Positions 11,946-23,786 of a stretch of 64,000 bases of DNA are shown here, one piece after another; position 1 is the first letter of the stretch; every line of letters starts with the position of its first letter. Position numbers and translations under genes: made by a program. Source of the stretch: Utricularia gibba (Eukaryota > Plantae > Magnoliophyta); assembly GCA_002189035.1 (NCBI GenBank), contig NEEC01000002.1, positions 2,790,001 to 2,854,000 on the forward strand, written 5' to 3'. The notes under the pieces were generated by a model that ran no database searches, was not told the DNA's origin, and saw nothing but the letters and a program-made list of their open reading frames with translations.

Positions 11946-13733
11946 ATCATCTTTAGAGCAACTTCATCCATCTCCATTATTTCACTATTTCTCTTAATTC
12001 CACATCATATTTCTTTTTTTCTACATCATATTTTTCTATTATATTTTTAAATATTAAATACTTCACTACTTTATCTCTAACAATCACAATTTTTTTCATT
12101 GCATATTAATAATAAAATATTTTATCACTTTATCTCATATTGAATTTAATATTTGAAATTAAAACAGAAAACGATACTAATAATAAATAATATCTAATTA
12201 ATAATCAAGATATATTAGATCTAACCAATTTCCATGAATTTTAAAATGAATGATATTAAAAAATCAGCTTGATCTTTCACCCATAGAAAATTTCATCACA
12301 AAAATTCATGTCATTTTCGTCGTATACTTTTCATCGGTAGAGGTGAAAATGTCATCATTGAGCTGTAGCTGATGTGGAGTTTTTCATCTATTTCTCTATA
12401 TGTTTGGGACACCGATGTAGTTGACCTTAAAACTATTACTATTTTAAAGGCATATGTACATGTTAAATTAATGATCAAGGATCCAAATGATGCAAACACT
12501 GATTCGGGATTGAATTGTACAAATTTGCACATGGTATGCTCCTCTAACATAGTTGAGAAATTACTACACTTAGGCCTTATATGGTAAGATATTTTTTTTG
12601 TTGTTCAAAAACTCTTTCAATTTGTTCATATCTTTGGATTTGAGCATTGGATTGCCTGGTTGAATATTTTCACACAACATCTACCATTGGACTTTTATAT
12701 CCTTATAATGGTGAAGTTAAGCTTGAAGATAAAGAAGAAGAGTGCAATATCCCATTCATTTTTTAAGATAAAATATGGTAGTATGGATATTTCTAACCTC
12801 TTCATCTCACTGATAATTGCTTCATTGTTTATAACCATTTAGTATATTGCCACAAACATTCCATTAATGATCTTTTAGTCATCTATTAGATGAAAACTTA
12901 ATATTCTATCTATTCCTAATATGTTATTACATTTTTTTATGTCAAAGATAATTATCCCCACGCTATGTAAATAAGGATTCATAACTATACTTTTAATTAC
13001 AATATTATGTTAAAAAATATCTTTCCTACTCTAATAGAAACAAAATCTTCAAAAATCAATTTTCTAAAAATAAATGAAATAATTAAATCATTTGTAAACG
13101 TTTTGTAACCAAAAAAAAAAATTAGTGGTTTGGATGAGCCGAATAGGGCATTTAATGCGAAAATAGACATGGTGGATCAAAGTGATCATTCGATTTTTTT
13201 ATCACATACTAAAACAACAAATTAAAAAAGAAGATTACCATTTTTATTACACGTTTATCACGACATTTCCACTTGAGTACATACCTAGCCGATTTAGTGC
13301 AGCCTAACTCACCCTCTGTCCCAGCACATGGAACAAATCCTTAACATTTCTTTTGTACTAAAAATGCTTTTTTAACATTAACACACTCACATGTTTGGAT
13401 GAATTAAAAATTTGGGCATGTGCAATATATTGTGTGAAAAAGAAGATCATCCTATGTGTATTTTCTTTGTCTAAGTGTGTAAAATAAAATATGTGAGTGA
13501 TAACTTTTCTAAATGATTCCATCTATTTTGGTCTTTCGCTATATAAAAATAAAATTTAAGATTAAAACATTTTTGAACTATTTTTAAAGTTCTAAGTATC
13601 AAAAATTAGAAATAAAAGCGAGAGATTTTTTAATAATTATTGTATATCAAATTCCAGCTGAATTGTATATGATTTATTATAAAATAACGAAATAATAGTG
13701 TTTTTTTTTCTTGTTGAACTCATACAGTCCCTC

Positions 13734-13739
13734 TATAAA
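13734..13739 (+). promoter_or_regulatory. TATA box of the NPF7 gene
   Basis: CTATAAAG about 75 nt upstream of the first ATG, followed by pyrimidine-rich sequence. Confidence 0.55.
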
Positions 13740-13812
13740 GACACCCTTGCTCTATCATTGTCCTCATATACTCCATACTCCTGTTTCAGTTCTGAACGGA
13801 AAGGTTTCCCAG

Positions 13813-16512
13813 ATGTTGCGGGAGGTAATCTTCAACCTCAGGATCCCTTTTTGTCCTCACTGAGTCGTAACTCTGGAAGCCTAATCGTCATCCTTTTTAG
13901 TGTGAAGGGATGAAGGGTGGGCAACTAGGATCCACGGGAGATGGAAGCGTGGGCTTCGACGGCCGTCCGGCGCTCCGGGACCGATCCGGAACATGGGTTG
14001 CTGGGATCCTCATTCTCTGTGAGTTCTTCGGTTCTGCTTGAAGATAATTTCTTAGCTCTTTTATCTCGAAACGAAGCACACACCCAGACACTTGTCCTGT
14101 ATCTGAGGAAACGGGGTATGGGAGCGGTGGAAGAGTTTGTACACGTAATGAAAAATGGTGGTGGCTTGCATGAAGAGTATGAACGTTGTCACATGTGTTC
14201 TGTAGCTAAGCGATCACTGGGTTAAAACCATGTTTGGAATTTACCAATGCGTTGGAGCTGCGTGTGAGTACAGGATGGGTTCCACTGTCCAAATACCTCG
14301 GGTGGGGTTCGTTTCCAAGGTTTTTAACCATGTTTTTACGTCTTCTAGAACAGTTTTTTACTCGTGTAAAGAACCACCATAACCCTTTAGAAATAAAGGA
14401 TGAGGTGATGCTTATTTCGGGGTAAAGCGAAGTCACATCGGCAGGTTTTGTGTTGGTTAATGATCCTCTTTTGCCCCATTGCTGTGGTCTTTTGTTACAG
14501 CCACTGAACATGGAGTGTGTAAGACCACCAGGTTTGTTACGTTTTGAGAAAACGTGTGTTGGTTGATCTCACACCACTTGTAGTAACCGTTGTCTTGCGT
14601 ATTAACTACACCCATTCGTGGTCTGCATCCCGCCTATCTTTTTCTTATCGATAGGTAGCTGTCTAATCATGCTTTTATGAAAACTGCCGATGAAAATCGT
14701 ACAGAATTTGATGTATCCAATAGTTTCAGTTCGTTTGGTTCCGTGGTTAATCATGTTTTTCGTGAAGCAGTGAACCAGGGGTTGGCGACACTGGCATTTT
14801 TCGGCGTGGGGGTGAACTTGGTACTGTTTCTGACGAGGGTTCTTCACCTGAGCAATGCTCAAGCAGCCAACAGCGTGAGCCGGTGGACCGGCACCGTTTA
14901 CATCTTCTCCCTCGTCGGAGCTTTTCTCAGTGACTCTTACTGGGGACGATACAAAACTTGCGCCATCTTTCAGGCCGTCTTCCTTCTAGTCAGTATCCTC
15001 TCTTCTTTCCATTTCAATTATTGGAGTAGGTTTTTTGAACACTTTCGTTCACAGGGTCTGGTACTTCTTTCTCTAACGACACAACTTTTCCTGCTGCAAC
15101 CTGACAACTGCGGTGATGAAGTCGGCCAATGTAAATCACACTCAGGATTAGAAACGTCTCTCTTCTACGTCTCAATCTACATGGTTGCACTTGGAAACGG
15201 AGGTTATCAGCCCAACATCGCTACATTCGGAGCAGATCAGTTCGATAAAGAGGATAGACATGAGTCCCATTCAAAAGTTGCGTTCTTCAGCTATTTTTAC
15301 TTGGCACTGAACTTGGGTTCACTCTTTTCCAACACAATTTTGGTGTATTTGGAAGACGAAGGGATGTGGGCGCATGGATTCTGGGTTTCTGCTGCTTCTG
15401 CGTGTGCAGCTCTCATTCTTTTTCTTGGAGGAACACGGAGATACAGATATTTTAGACCCGGGGGAAACCCCTTTTCTAGATTCAGTCAAGTGTTTGTCGC
15501 TGCGTGTAAGAAGTGGAAAGTTGATGTTTTGCAGGCAGAAGAAAATTTTTATACCAAGTCCAAAGATGTTCCTCGGACTAGCGGATTCAAGTAAGTGCCC
15601 CACATCGAAATTTTGAAGCATGGTGTGAGTTGTTGATGGAGATTTCTCAGGAATAATCTTTTGTACTGCTACAGATTCTTGGACAAAGCTGCGTATATTA
15701 CTCCAGAAGACATGCATAATCTCCACGGAAAACAGAGTCCGTGGATGCTCTGCCCCATTTCGCAAGTTGAAGAAGTTAAATGCATTCTGAGATTACTTCC
15801 AATTTGGCTTTGCACTATTATTTACTCTGTTGTCTTCACACAAATGGCCTCACTTTTCGTCGAGCAAGGCGCTGCAATGAACACGACAATCTCAAACTTC
15901 AAAATCCCTGCAGCCAGCATGTCTACATTCGACATTCTCAGTGTCGCGATCTTCATATTCCTCTACAGAAGAGCATTGAAACCCCTTTCAGGAAACAAAG
16001 TTTCGGAGCTACAAAGAATGGGAATTGGCTTGGTGATAGCGGTTCTCGCGATGGTTGCAGCGGGTATCGTCGAATGCTACAGACTAAAACACGCTCATAG
16101 AAACTGTAAAGATTCTAGTTCACTAAGCATTTTGTGGCAAATACCCCAGTACTCTCTCATTGGCGCATCGGAAGTGTTCATGTACGTTGGGCAATTGGAG
16201 TTTTTCAATGCGGAAGCGCCTGAAAAATTGAAGAGCTTCGGAAGTGCGCTGTGCATGACTTCGATTTCACTAGGGAATTATGTTAGCAGTTTGCTGGTTT
16301 CAATCGTGGTGAAGCTATCAACGGTGGATAACACTCCGGGATGGATACCAGGAAATCTCAACAAGGGTCATCTCGAGAGGTTTTACTTTCTGTTAGCTGT
16401 GTTGACAGTTATGGATCTGGGCGTTTATGCTGCTTGCGCGGTATGGTATAAGAGAATCAAAGGTGAAGCCAAGTGTGGAGTGATGACTGAAGAACACCAG
16501 ATCGAGGTGTGA
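13813..16512 (+). CDS. NPF7.3: NRT1/PTR transporter, NPF7.3 (NRT1.5)/NPF7.2-like; exons 13813-13824, 13901-14018, 14771-14988, 15055-15590, 15675-16512
   Basis: The spliced frame is 1722 nt (573 aa). Motifs DGSV...GTWVAGILILLNQGLATLAFFGVGVNLVLFLTRVL, GYQPNIATFGADQFD, SQVEEVKCILRLLPIW are diagnostic of NPF7. The 12-nt first exon is less certain; ATG 13910 is an alternative start. Confidence 0.92.
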
Positions 16513-16717
16513 CGGCTGTCGCAGGATCCAAGATTGTGTTTTTAACTACTGGGGATATGTATCTTGTGTAAACTGCATTCGTGATGGATCGATAACTCTG
16601 CAAGAATATTAATGGCCACAAAAGCTCAGAAACTAAAAAAATGGTCAAGTATTAGACTGGAAATGAAAATTGATCGCAGAACTATGTAGTGTTCCCCATT
16701 AGCGCATCTCCTTCAGG

Positions 16718-18874
16718 ATGGAGTCATTCATTTTACCTGCGGCGAAGGCATCCCACGCGTCTTCTGTGTTATCCGGCCACTCCTCAAAGCGTCGCCGTTT
16801 TCTTGGCGGTCGAGGATTCTCCCCAAGCCCCCTGTACGCTTTCCGACTCTGCTTTATTCCAATTTCTCTGTTCGGCGTGAGTAAAATCTTGAGTTTTTGG
16901 GACATGGGTATCTGAGATTTTTATCATTTCGTTAGTGTATCGATGGTTCTGGTTGAGAGAATTTCTGGTTTGGGTTGTTTATTCCCTGGTTTTTTCTTGC
17001 TTTCTCTTGTAGAGGTGTGAGCGGATAAAGCCTATCAATGGAAAGCCTAGTGTTCCAGTACTCAATGATCAGACACTACCAAAATTTCTGCTGTCGACAC
17101 CGTTCGAAAATGCTGTGAATGGAAACAGTGGTAACAGGATTAAGATTTTTTCTGGGACAGCCAATCCTTGCCTCTCTGAGGTGAACATGACCGCATTCTT
17201 TAGAGGTTTTTTTTCTAGAAATCATAGGCTATGATGTTATAAGGTCAATATCAATTTCTCACTTACGGAGTTCATATGCTTTGGAATACTATGGTAGAGA
17301 GTCATGGACTGAACATTGTTAGTTCAGTATCATTTTATTGGTTTCTTTTGGAATTCATGTGTATCCTCCACTCCTACCATAGGAGAAGAATAGCTCGTGT
17401 ATGCCTAACTGTTCATAGCTTAAACTTTGGTCCGCTTTGGTTCATTCAGGAAATTTCGGGTTACATGGGGCTTGATCTTGGAAGAATCCAAATCAAGAGG
17501 TTTGCAGATGGGGAGATATATGTTCAGCTACAAGAGAGCGTTCGTGGTTGTGATGTGTATCTCGTCCAACCTTCTTGTCCTCCAGCAAATGAAAATCTCA
17601 TGGAGCTTATGATAATGATAGATGCTTGCAGAAGAGCATCCGCAAAAAACATCACTGCTGTGATTCCCTACTTTGGGTATGCCAGGGCTGACAGAAAGGT
17701 GATCCTGCGGTTCTTAGTTGTTTTCTTCACTTTTTCTGAATTAATGCACCAACTCCTCCTCTAGTTGCCTCAACGATATCCCTGGCATTTTTCTCAGACA
17801 CAAGGGCGTGAGTCGATCGCTGCGAAATTAGTAGCGAATCTCATCACCCAGGCTGGTGCAGATCGTGTTCTTGCATGTGATCTACATTCCGGACAGTCGA
17901 TGGGCTATTTTGATATCCCAGTGGACCATGTCTACTGTCAGGTAATGTTTCTGTGGGTTACTCTGCTATCAGATTACCATCTTTGCTTCTTATCTATGTA
18001 TGCACTTAGCATTTGCTGTGATCGCAATAGCCTGTCATCCTCGACTATCTCGCGAGCAAGAAGATATGCTCCGGTGATTTAGTTGTCGTCTCCCCTGATG
18101 TTGGTGGCGTTGCAAGGGCACGGGCCTTCGCGAAGAAGCTATCAGATGCACCTTTAGCCATAGTGGACAAAAGGCGACATTCCCACAATGTGGCTGAGGT
18201 ACACTCCATTTCCCTTCTGATGAATTCTTTCAATACACTGTGACAGTATAAATAATCTGACCATCAAAAGTATCCTTATTTGTGATTGCGAGTTCATCAG
18301 AATCCATCCGTTTCTTGTCTAAGTGCTAGAGTTTTCATGAAACTCAATGCTCTTGTTGAAATGCCCCCCTCCCAGGTGATGAATCTGATCGGTGATGTGA
18401 AAGGAAAAGTTGCTGTCATGGTGGACGACATGATCGACACCGCAGGCAAGTCAACTTAATCTTTCCCAGGAAAACAAAACTGGCTCCAATACTAAATCTT
18501 CAGTCTGCCCTTTCCTTGAAGGAACCATAACCAAAGGTGCAGCTTTACTGCATAAAGAGGGTGCACGGGAAGTGTACGCCTGCTGCACTCACGCTGTTTT
18601 CAGGTAACCAGTAGGACGAAGCCCCTCCATTCTTTAGCTTGCTGTGGGTCGCTTCCACGTCATCTCACTGGTACTCATGCCTGCGTATTGCAGCCCTCCA
18701 GCCGTCGAGAGGCTGTCGAGCGGCCTGTTCCAAGAAGTCATTGTGACGAACACCATTCCGATACCTGAGGAGAACTACTTCCCGGAGCTGACAGTTCTCT
18801 CTGTTGCTAATCTCTTGGGAGAAACCATTTGGCGGATTCACGATGACTGCTCTGTCAGCAGCATTTTCAAGTGA
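16718..18874 (+). CDS. PRS1: Ribose-phosphate pyrophosphokinase, class I, plastid-targeted (PRS1/PRS2-like); exons 16718-16876, 17013-17180, 17450-17698, 17798-17941, 18031-18198, 18376-18445, 18522-18603, 18694-18874
   Basis: Spliced 1221 nt. Motifs [60 protein letters not shown]. Ser/Arg-rich transit-like N-terminus. The exon 1 donor is uncertain. Intron 6 is GC-AG. Confidence 0.95.
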
Positions 18875-21850
18875 AGAAAAGTCCCACATCGGTTTATAGG
18901 AGACGCCAAATGTGAGATCATCATCATACATGCACCAGCACCATTGCTGGAGCGCCTGTTAGATGCCATTGTTTCTCTTCGTTGTATAGTAGAAGTGTAT
19001 ACATAAAAAAATGCTTATGTCTAAAATTTTTTAAAATTTGGTTTTTCGATGAATAACCCAATCGAATTGAACACCCATTTTTTTTGTATAATATTTAAAT
19101 TTAACCCGTTTAAACAATTTTCCAATTTAATATATTATTTAAAATCAAATCCAAACACACAACTAAAATATTTTTATTTTTTTTACTGAAGCCAATGAAG
19201 GGCGGTCTTATTGGGTTTTCCCCTAGCAGGCTTTGGAATGTCGTCGGTATAAATTCAGGGCCCATCTACTCACAGCTTCACTCATGTTCGTCTATTTATA
19301 GATTCGGATGTATTGATTAGTAATTTGAAAAATTACGGATACATCAGATAATTTTAATTTATAATAGTTTAAATTATATTAATTATTCTTATAAATACTA
19401 ATAAAAAAATTTTAATAAAAAATTGAACATTAACAAAATAAATAAATAAAAATTAAAAACGATAACCAATGAACGATGATCTTCTAATTTTGAATATAGA
19501 ATAACAATAGCAATCGATATGTGATAATTAAGCAATTGAGATGAATATTAACGAAAATATAAAAAAAATCAAATGAATTGATTAGGATTTTGATTAATTA
19601 ATTAAATGAACAAATATTTATTATTTAAATTAATAATTAAAAATATCAAAATTTAAAAAAGAATAACCGTACGGCGAACCCGGGACCGGATTCCAGTCCC
19701 CGAATGTCTAACTCTCCCAACTCTCGCGAGGTATTCCATAATGTTTACAGCTTATCCATTATATTTTATAAATCATTTGTATTATAAAAATATTATATAG
19801 ATATATAAATTATAATTTATATTAATATAATAGTTTAAATTATATCTATATAATTATATTTATAAATTGAAATATTTAAATATCTTATTTGAATAAAGCA
19901 TAAATTATATAAAATATTACAATACTTTATTTTAAAGAAGTACAATGAATCATTGATAAAAAAAATATGAATATAATTATATATTTGTATTTTAGAATTG
20001 ATTCTCAAAACTAATTCCCAACAAAAGATACTCTCTCAAACTTATGATATGGAGTGATTCTAAAGAATGATCTTTAAAAAGAATTGATTATATTATGAAA
20101 TAATTTTATTTTCCAAACATATCATTTTTTCTAAAATTGAATTATAGTTTTTTATAATTTTTAGATTATTTTATTTACATTAAGTTCAGTTTTCACAATA
20201 ATTTTTTATTGATTTTTTCTCGTTTTATGCTAGTATTTATTTTTAAAAAAATGTGTTATGTGAATTTTTTTGGTACAATTTATGCTCCAAATTAAAGAAA
20301 GATCCCGGCCGTTTGAAAGTACATGAATATGAGGATGCCCAAGTAGCATGGAACGAGATTTGGTCAAGATTCTCAGCATTCACAATGATTTGAATAGGAT
20401 ATGAGGATCATTATGAAAGATTTAAAATAAATATTCGATTCAAACAACAATTTTAAGAGGATATGCATTTAAACACTTTTTGATTGAATATTTAATGAAA
20501 AGTCATGTCTGGATAACCGTATATATGTATAGTTGTTTTATTATATTTTTTTAATAATTAATTTGAGTTTTGATTTTATTTACAGATAAAGTTTACTATT
20601 ATAAACATGTAATTGATCACCAATAAGTTCTAAGAGTATGCGGAAAAATCTAAAAAAAAATTAATACACCTAAAGTAAAGAACTTAATCGGACGTCGTTA
20701 TTAATGTACATTATTTACAAAAATGTAAGCCATAAGAGTTGGAATTAAATGTAAGGCAAACATTGATTATTAGGAGAGATAAATTGACTTTGATGTCATA
20801 GTTGAAAATGAATAACAATGTTATAACTAAATAGCATTATTTTAGAATAGTCCAACAATATGAACTCATCATCCATCCAAGTGGCAGGTCAGTATACAAT
20901 GCAATCACCCAACCTCATCCATTGAGGATATGTTGAAGAATTCTATTTTTTGAGAAGATGAGTATTTAGTATTTCAACATTGTAGAATTATCTTCATTTG
21001 ATAATATTATTTGTAGAATTTATCAATGTTTGGAGCATAAAAAATAAGATTTATATAATAAATAGCATATTTATCTATATTTACTAATAATCAAATTTTA
21101 TAAATTACAAAATCATATTCCAAAATTATGTATATTTCATAAACGTATATCTTATCTTTTATATTACTACAATAGTTGATTCAAATTTTTACTAAAATTA
21201 TAATTTGAAAGTTCAAGTATTCCAATAGTTTGTTTGAATAAAGAAAAACATTAGTATTTGGAGAGAAATGATAAAAAAAAATATAGATATAATCATAAAA
21301 TAATATTCTCAATATCGATTATTAAATACTAGAAATGACACTTTCAAATTTTTGATATAATTACAATGATTCTCAAAAATCACTAGTGATACAAAGGAAT
21401 TGGATGAATATTTAAAAGATAAAAACAATTATTAAAATAAAAAAATTAATTCTCACAACGTTCGCAAGGTTTAAATTAATGTCCTCGACTGCTTCAGTGA
21501 GCGGGAGGAGGAATGAGTGCTGTGGCGACCGACAGGGACGACCTGGCGAGACCGTGTCATGAATGAATGGGTCGGAAACATTGATTACTGCTACTACTAC
21601 TACAACATGGCGACCATTAAAGGTTTGGATCCGGATCCGGATCCGGATCATCGACATTCGTGGGGTTGGAAATGGAATGGAATGGAATAGAATGAATGAA
21701 TGTAATGTGTGTTTCATTCAACCTCATCAGGTGGAAAAAAAGTGAAACCATTTGGGTTGTACTTGTTGATCGCATTTATGACTCTCATTTTGTGATGCAG
21801 TAAGAAGATGGTTTCTTGTTTGTGTGGTAGATTCACAGCGCTGATCTCGA

Positions 21851-21880
21851 AGCTCAGCTCAGCTCAGCTCAGCTCAGCTC
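21851..21880. repeat. (AGCTC)6 microsatellite
   Basis: Six perfect copies read directly. Confidence 0.9.
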
Positions 21881-23252
21881 ATCCATCGCTAGTGGCTTTC
21901 ATTATCAGATTCGAATACCGTGTTTCCTTTGTTTGTTGTGTGGATGTGTTGGATGTCTAGGGCGTAGGGCCACAATGAGTTGAAGACTCATCATGACTCT
22001 GGGATCCAATCCCGATGCTCTCAGCAGCAGCACCCAGCAGCATTCCTGTTCCTGTTCTTCACTACTGGGAGCCCCCATTTGACCATTCACTCGCGCCCAC
22101 AGATGGAATTACCTGATCCAAAGTATCTTCTCCAGCAGAGTGAAGTGAATAATCTCATTTCCATTCCCGTTCGCAGTTGGAGAAATGTGAGCGGGTGGTG
22201 GTTGTACTTGCTTAAACACTCCCACCTCCCGCATCATCAATACAACTAACTGCAGGGGGCCCTCTCAGACAATAACCCTTTGGCCCAACATCCACATCCC
22301 TTCATAACCAACTTGTACAACACACATTACACTCTCAGACATGAGGAATGTTCCTGTCTGCTTACAAATCTAACTTACATGGAATCCCATCCCATCCCTT
22401 CACACGCACACACTTACGCCCCTCATTCCACACTTGTTTATATTAGAGCACGTAATATTAGAACACGCAATATCAATTCGTAAAATTAAAGTGAAATAAT
22501 GGTAAATTATAGATAATTAATAATCGAGTCTAATATTTTTTAATATAATTCATATTTTTTGTTTACTTACATTTCAATAGTTTATGACTCCATTGCTCTC
22601 AAGATAAGTTTTTTCCCCAACAGCGATCTGGAACTCAAGAAACCTAACCAGAGCGCTCGTTAAAGCCTACGGGCTGACGGCGCCTGGGATGGTCACTCGA
22701 CTGGATGACTAAAACTATGTATTTAATGTACAGTACAATAAAATTATTGCATCATTATGGTATATAATATGTTCCAAAAATGTTATTGTATTTGTTATAT
22801 AGAAAAATATTGCATGATTAGAGTGAAATGCAGTAAATAGTTAGTATTTTAAAATACGTTGGACTGATAATTGAGATACAACTTGCCCACCAGGCATTAT
22901 TTATTATTATTAAATTATTATTGCATGAAAATAATTCATCCCTGAATTACCCCCTATATTCCAAAATTCATTTCCTTAAAATTATATATCATGAAGATGG
23001 ACCCGACCCGGAACAGGAAACAGGGTAATAGTTTGGTTGAAGGGGAAGGGTTAGAAGCGAATGGTCTAATGGTGAAGATGACTGAGAAATGGATTGTTGT
23101 TCGGACATGGACGTTGAGGCCGAGAGCTTTGGCGTTTGCAAGATAAAGTATTATGACAATACAGAATAAAGACGCCCTCTCTCACAATGTCTCTTAGTTT
23201 CTGCGCCTTTCTCTTCCTTCCCTCAGATTCAAACCTGAGAACTCTTCTCTGA

Positions 23253-23786
23253 ATGTCTAAAAACCTCTTCATCCGGTCACCGGAGCCCGCCATGATTGGA
23301 AAGCACAAGCGCCAGGGGGAGGATGCCGACGACGACGGATGGCAAGTTCGTGCGTTTCAGGAGGATACTGCTGCGAACATGTTGGGGTGCACTTGGCCCC
23401 CACGATCCTACAACTGCGCCTTCTGCCGGAGGGAGTTCCGTTCAGCTCAGGCGCTTGGGGGACATATGAACGTCCACCGCCGTGACCGTGCGCGTCTACA
23501 TGAGCTGCTTCCAATGTCGAAAACCGGGGAATTTCCCGTCGGAAATGGCCTCCGTGGCATCCCTTTTCATCACCCTGTAACGAATCCTCATCTGGGGTTC
23601 CCTTCTCTTCTTCCTGTTTCATCTCCGATCCTTGTCCCTGATCCCCACATGGTTTTTCCCTCTTTCCTTCCCATTCCCCCGTCTCGATACAAAGCATTCG
23701 CCGAACTTGCGCCGCCGCCGGAGGCCATGGGAGAAATCGATCTCGAGCTGCGGTTAGGACAAAGGCTACCTCTTCCTCCTCCATAA
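23253..23786 (+). CDS. Single C2H2 zinc-finger repressor, SUPERMAN/ZFP10-11 type with EAR motif
   Basis: Intronless. [36 protein letters not shown] and C-terminal DLELRLG. The start ATG (23253 or the next Met) is uncertain. Confidence 0.93.
   Translation: MSKNLFIRSPEPAMIGKHKRQGEDADDDGWQVRAFQEDTAANMLGCTWPPRSYNCAFCRREFRSAQALGGHMNVHRRDRARLHELLPMSKTGEFPVGNGLRGIPFHHPVTNPHLGFPSLLPVSSPILVPDPHMVFPSFLPIPPSRYKAFAELAPPPEAMGEIDLELRLGQRLPLPPP

Noticed and set aside
12311-12960. Degenerate coding-like stretch (e.g. MLCENIQPGNPMLKSKDMNKLKEF on the minus strand)
   Set aside because: Probably TE debris, but no motif could be assigned with confidence.
18881-18891. GTCCCACATCG, the plant snRNA upstream sequence element
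   Set aside because: No TATA at the expected spacing and no U1-U6, U3 or 7SL body follows. It lies 7 nt after the PRS stop codon.
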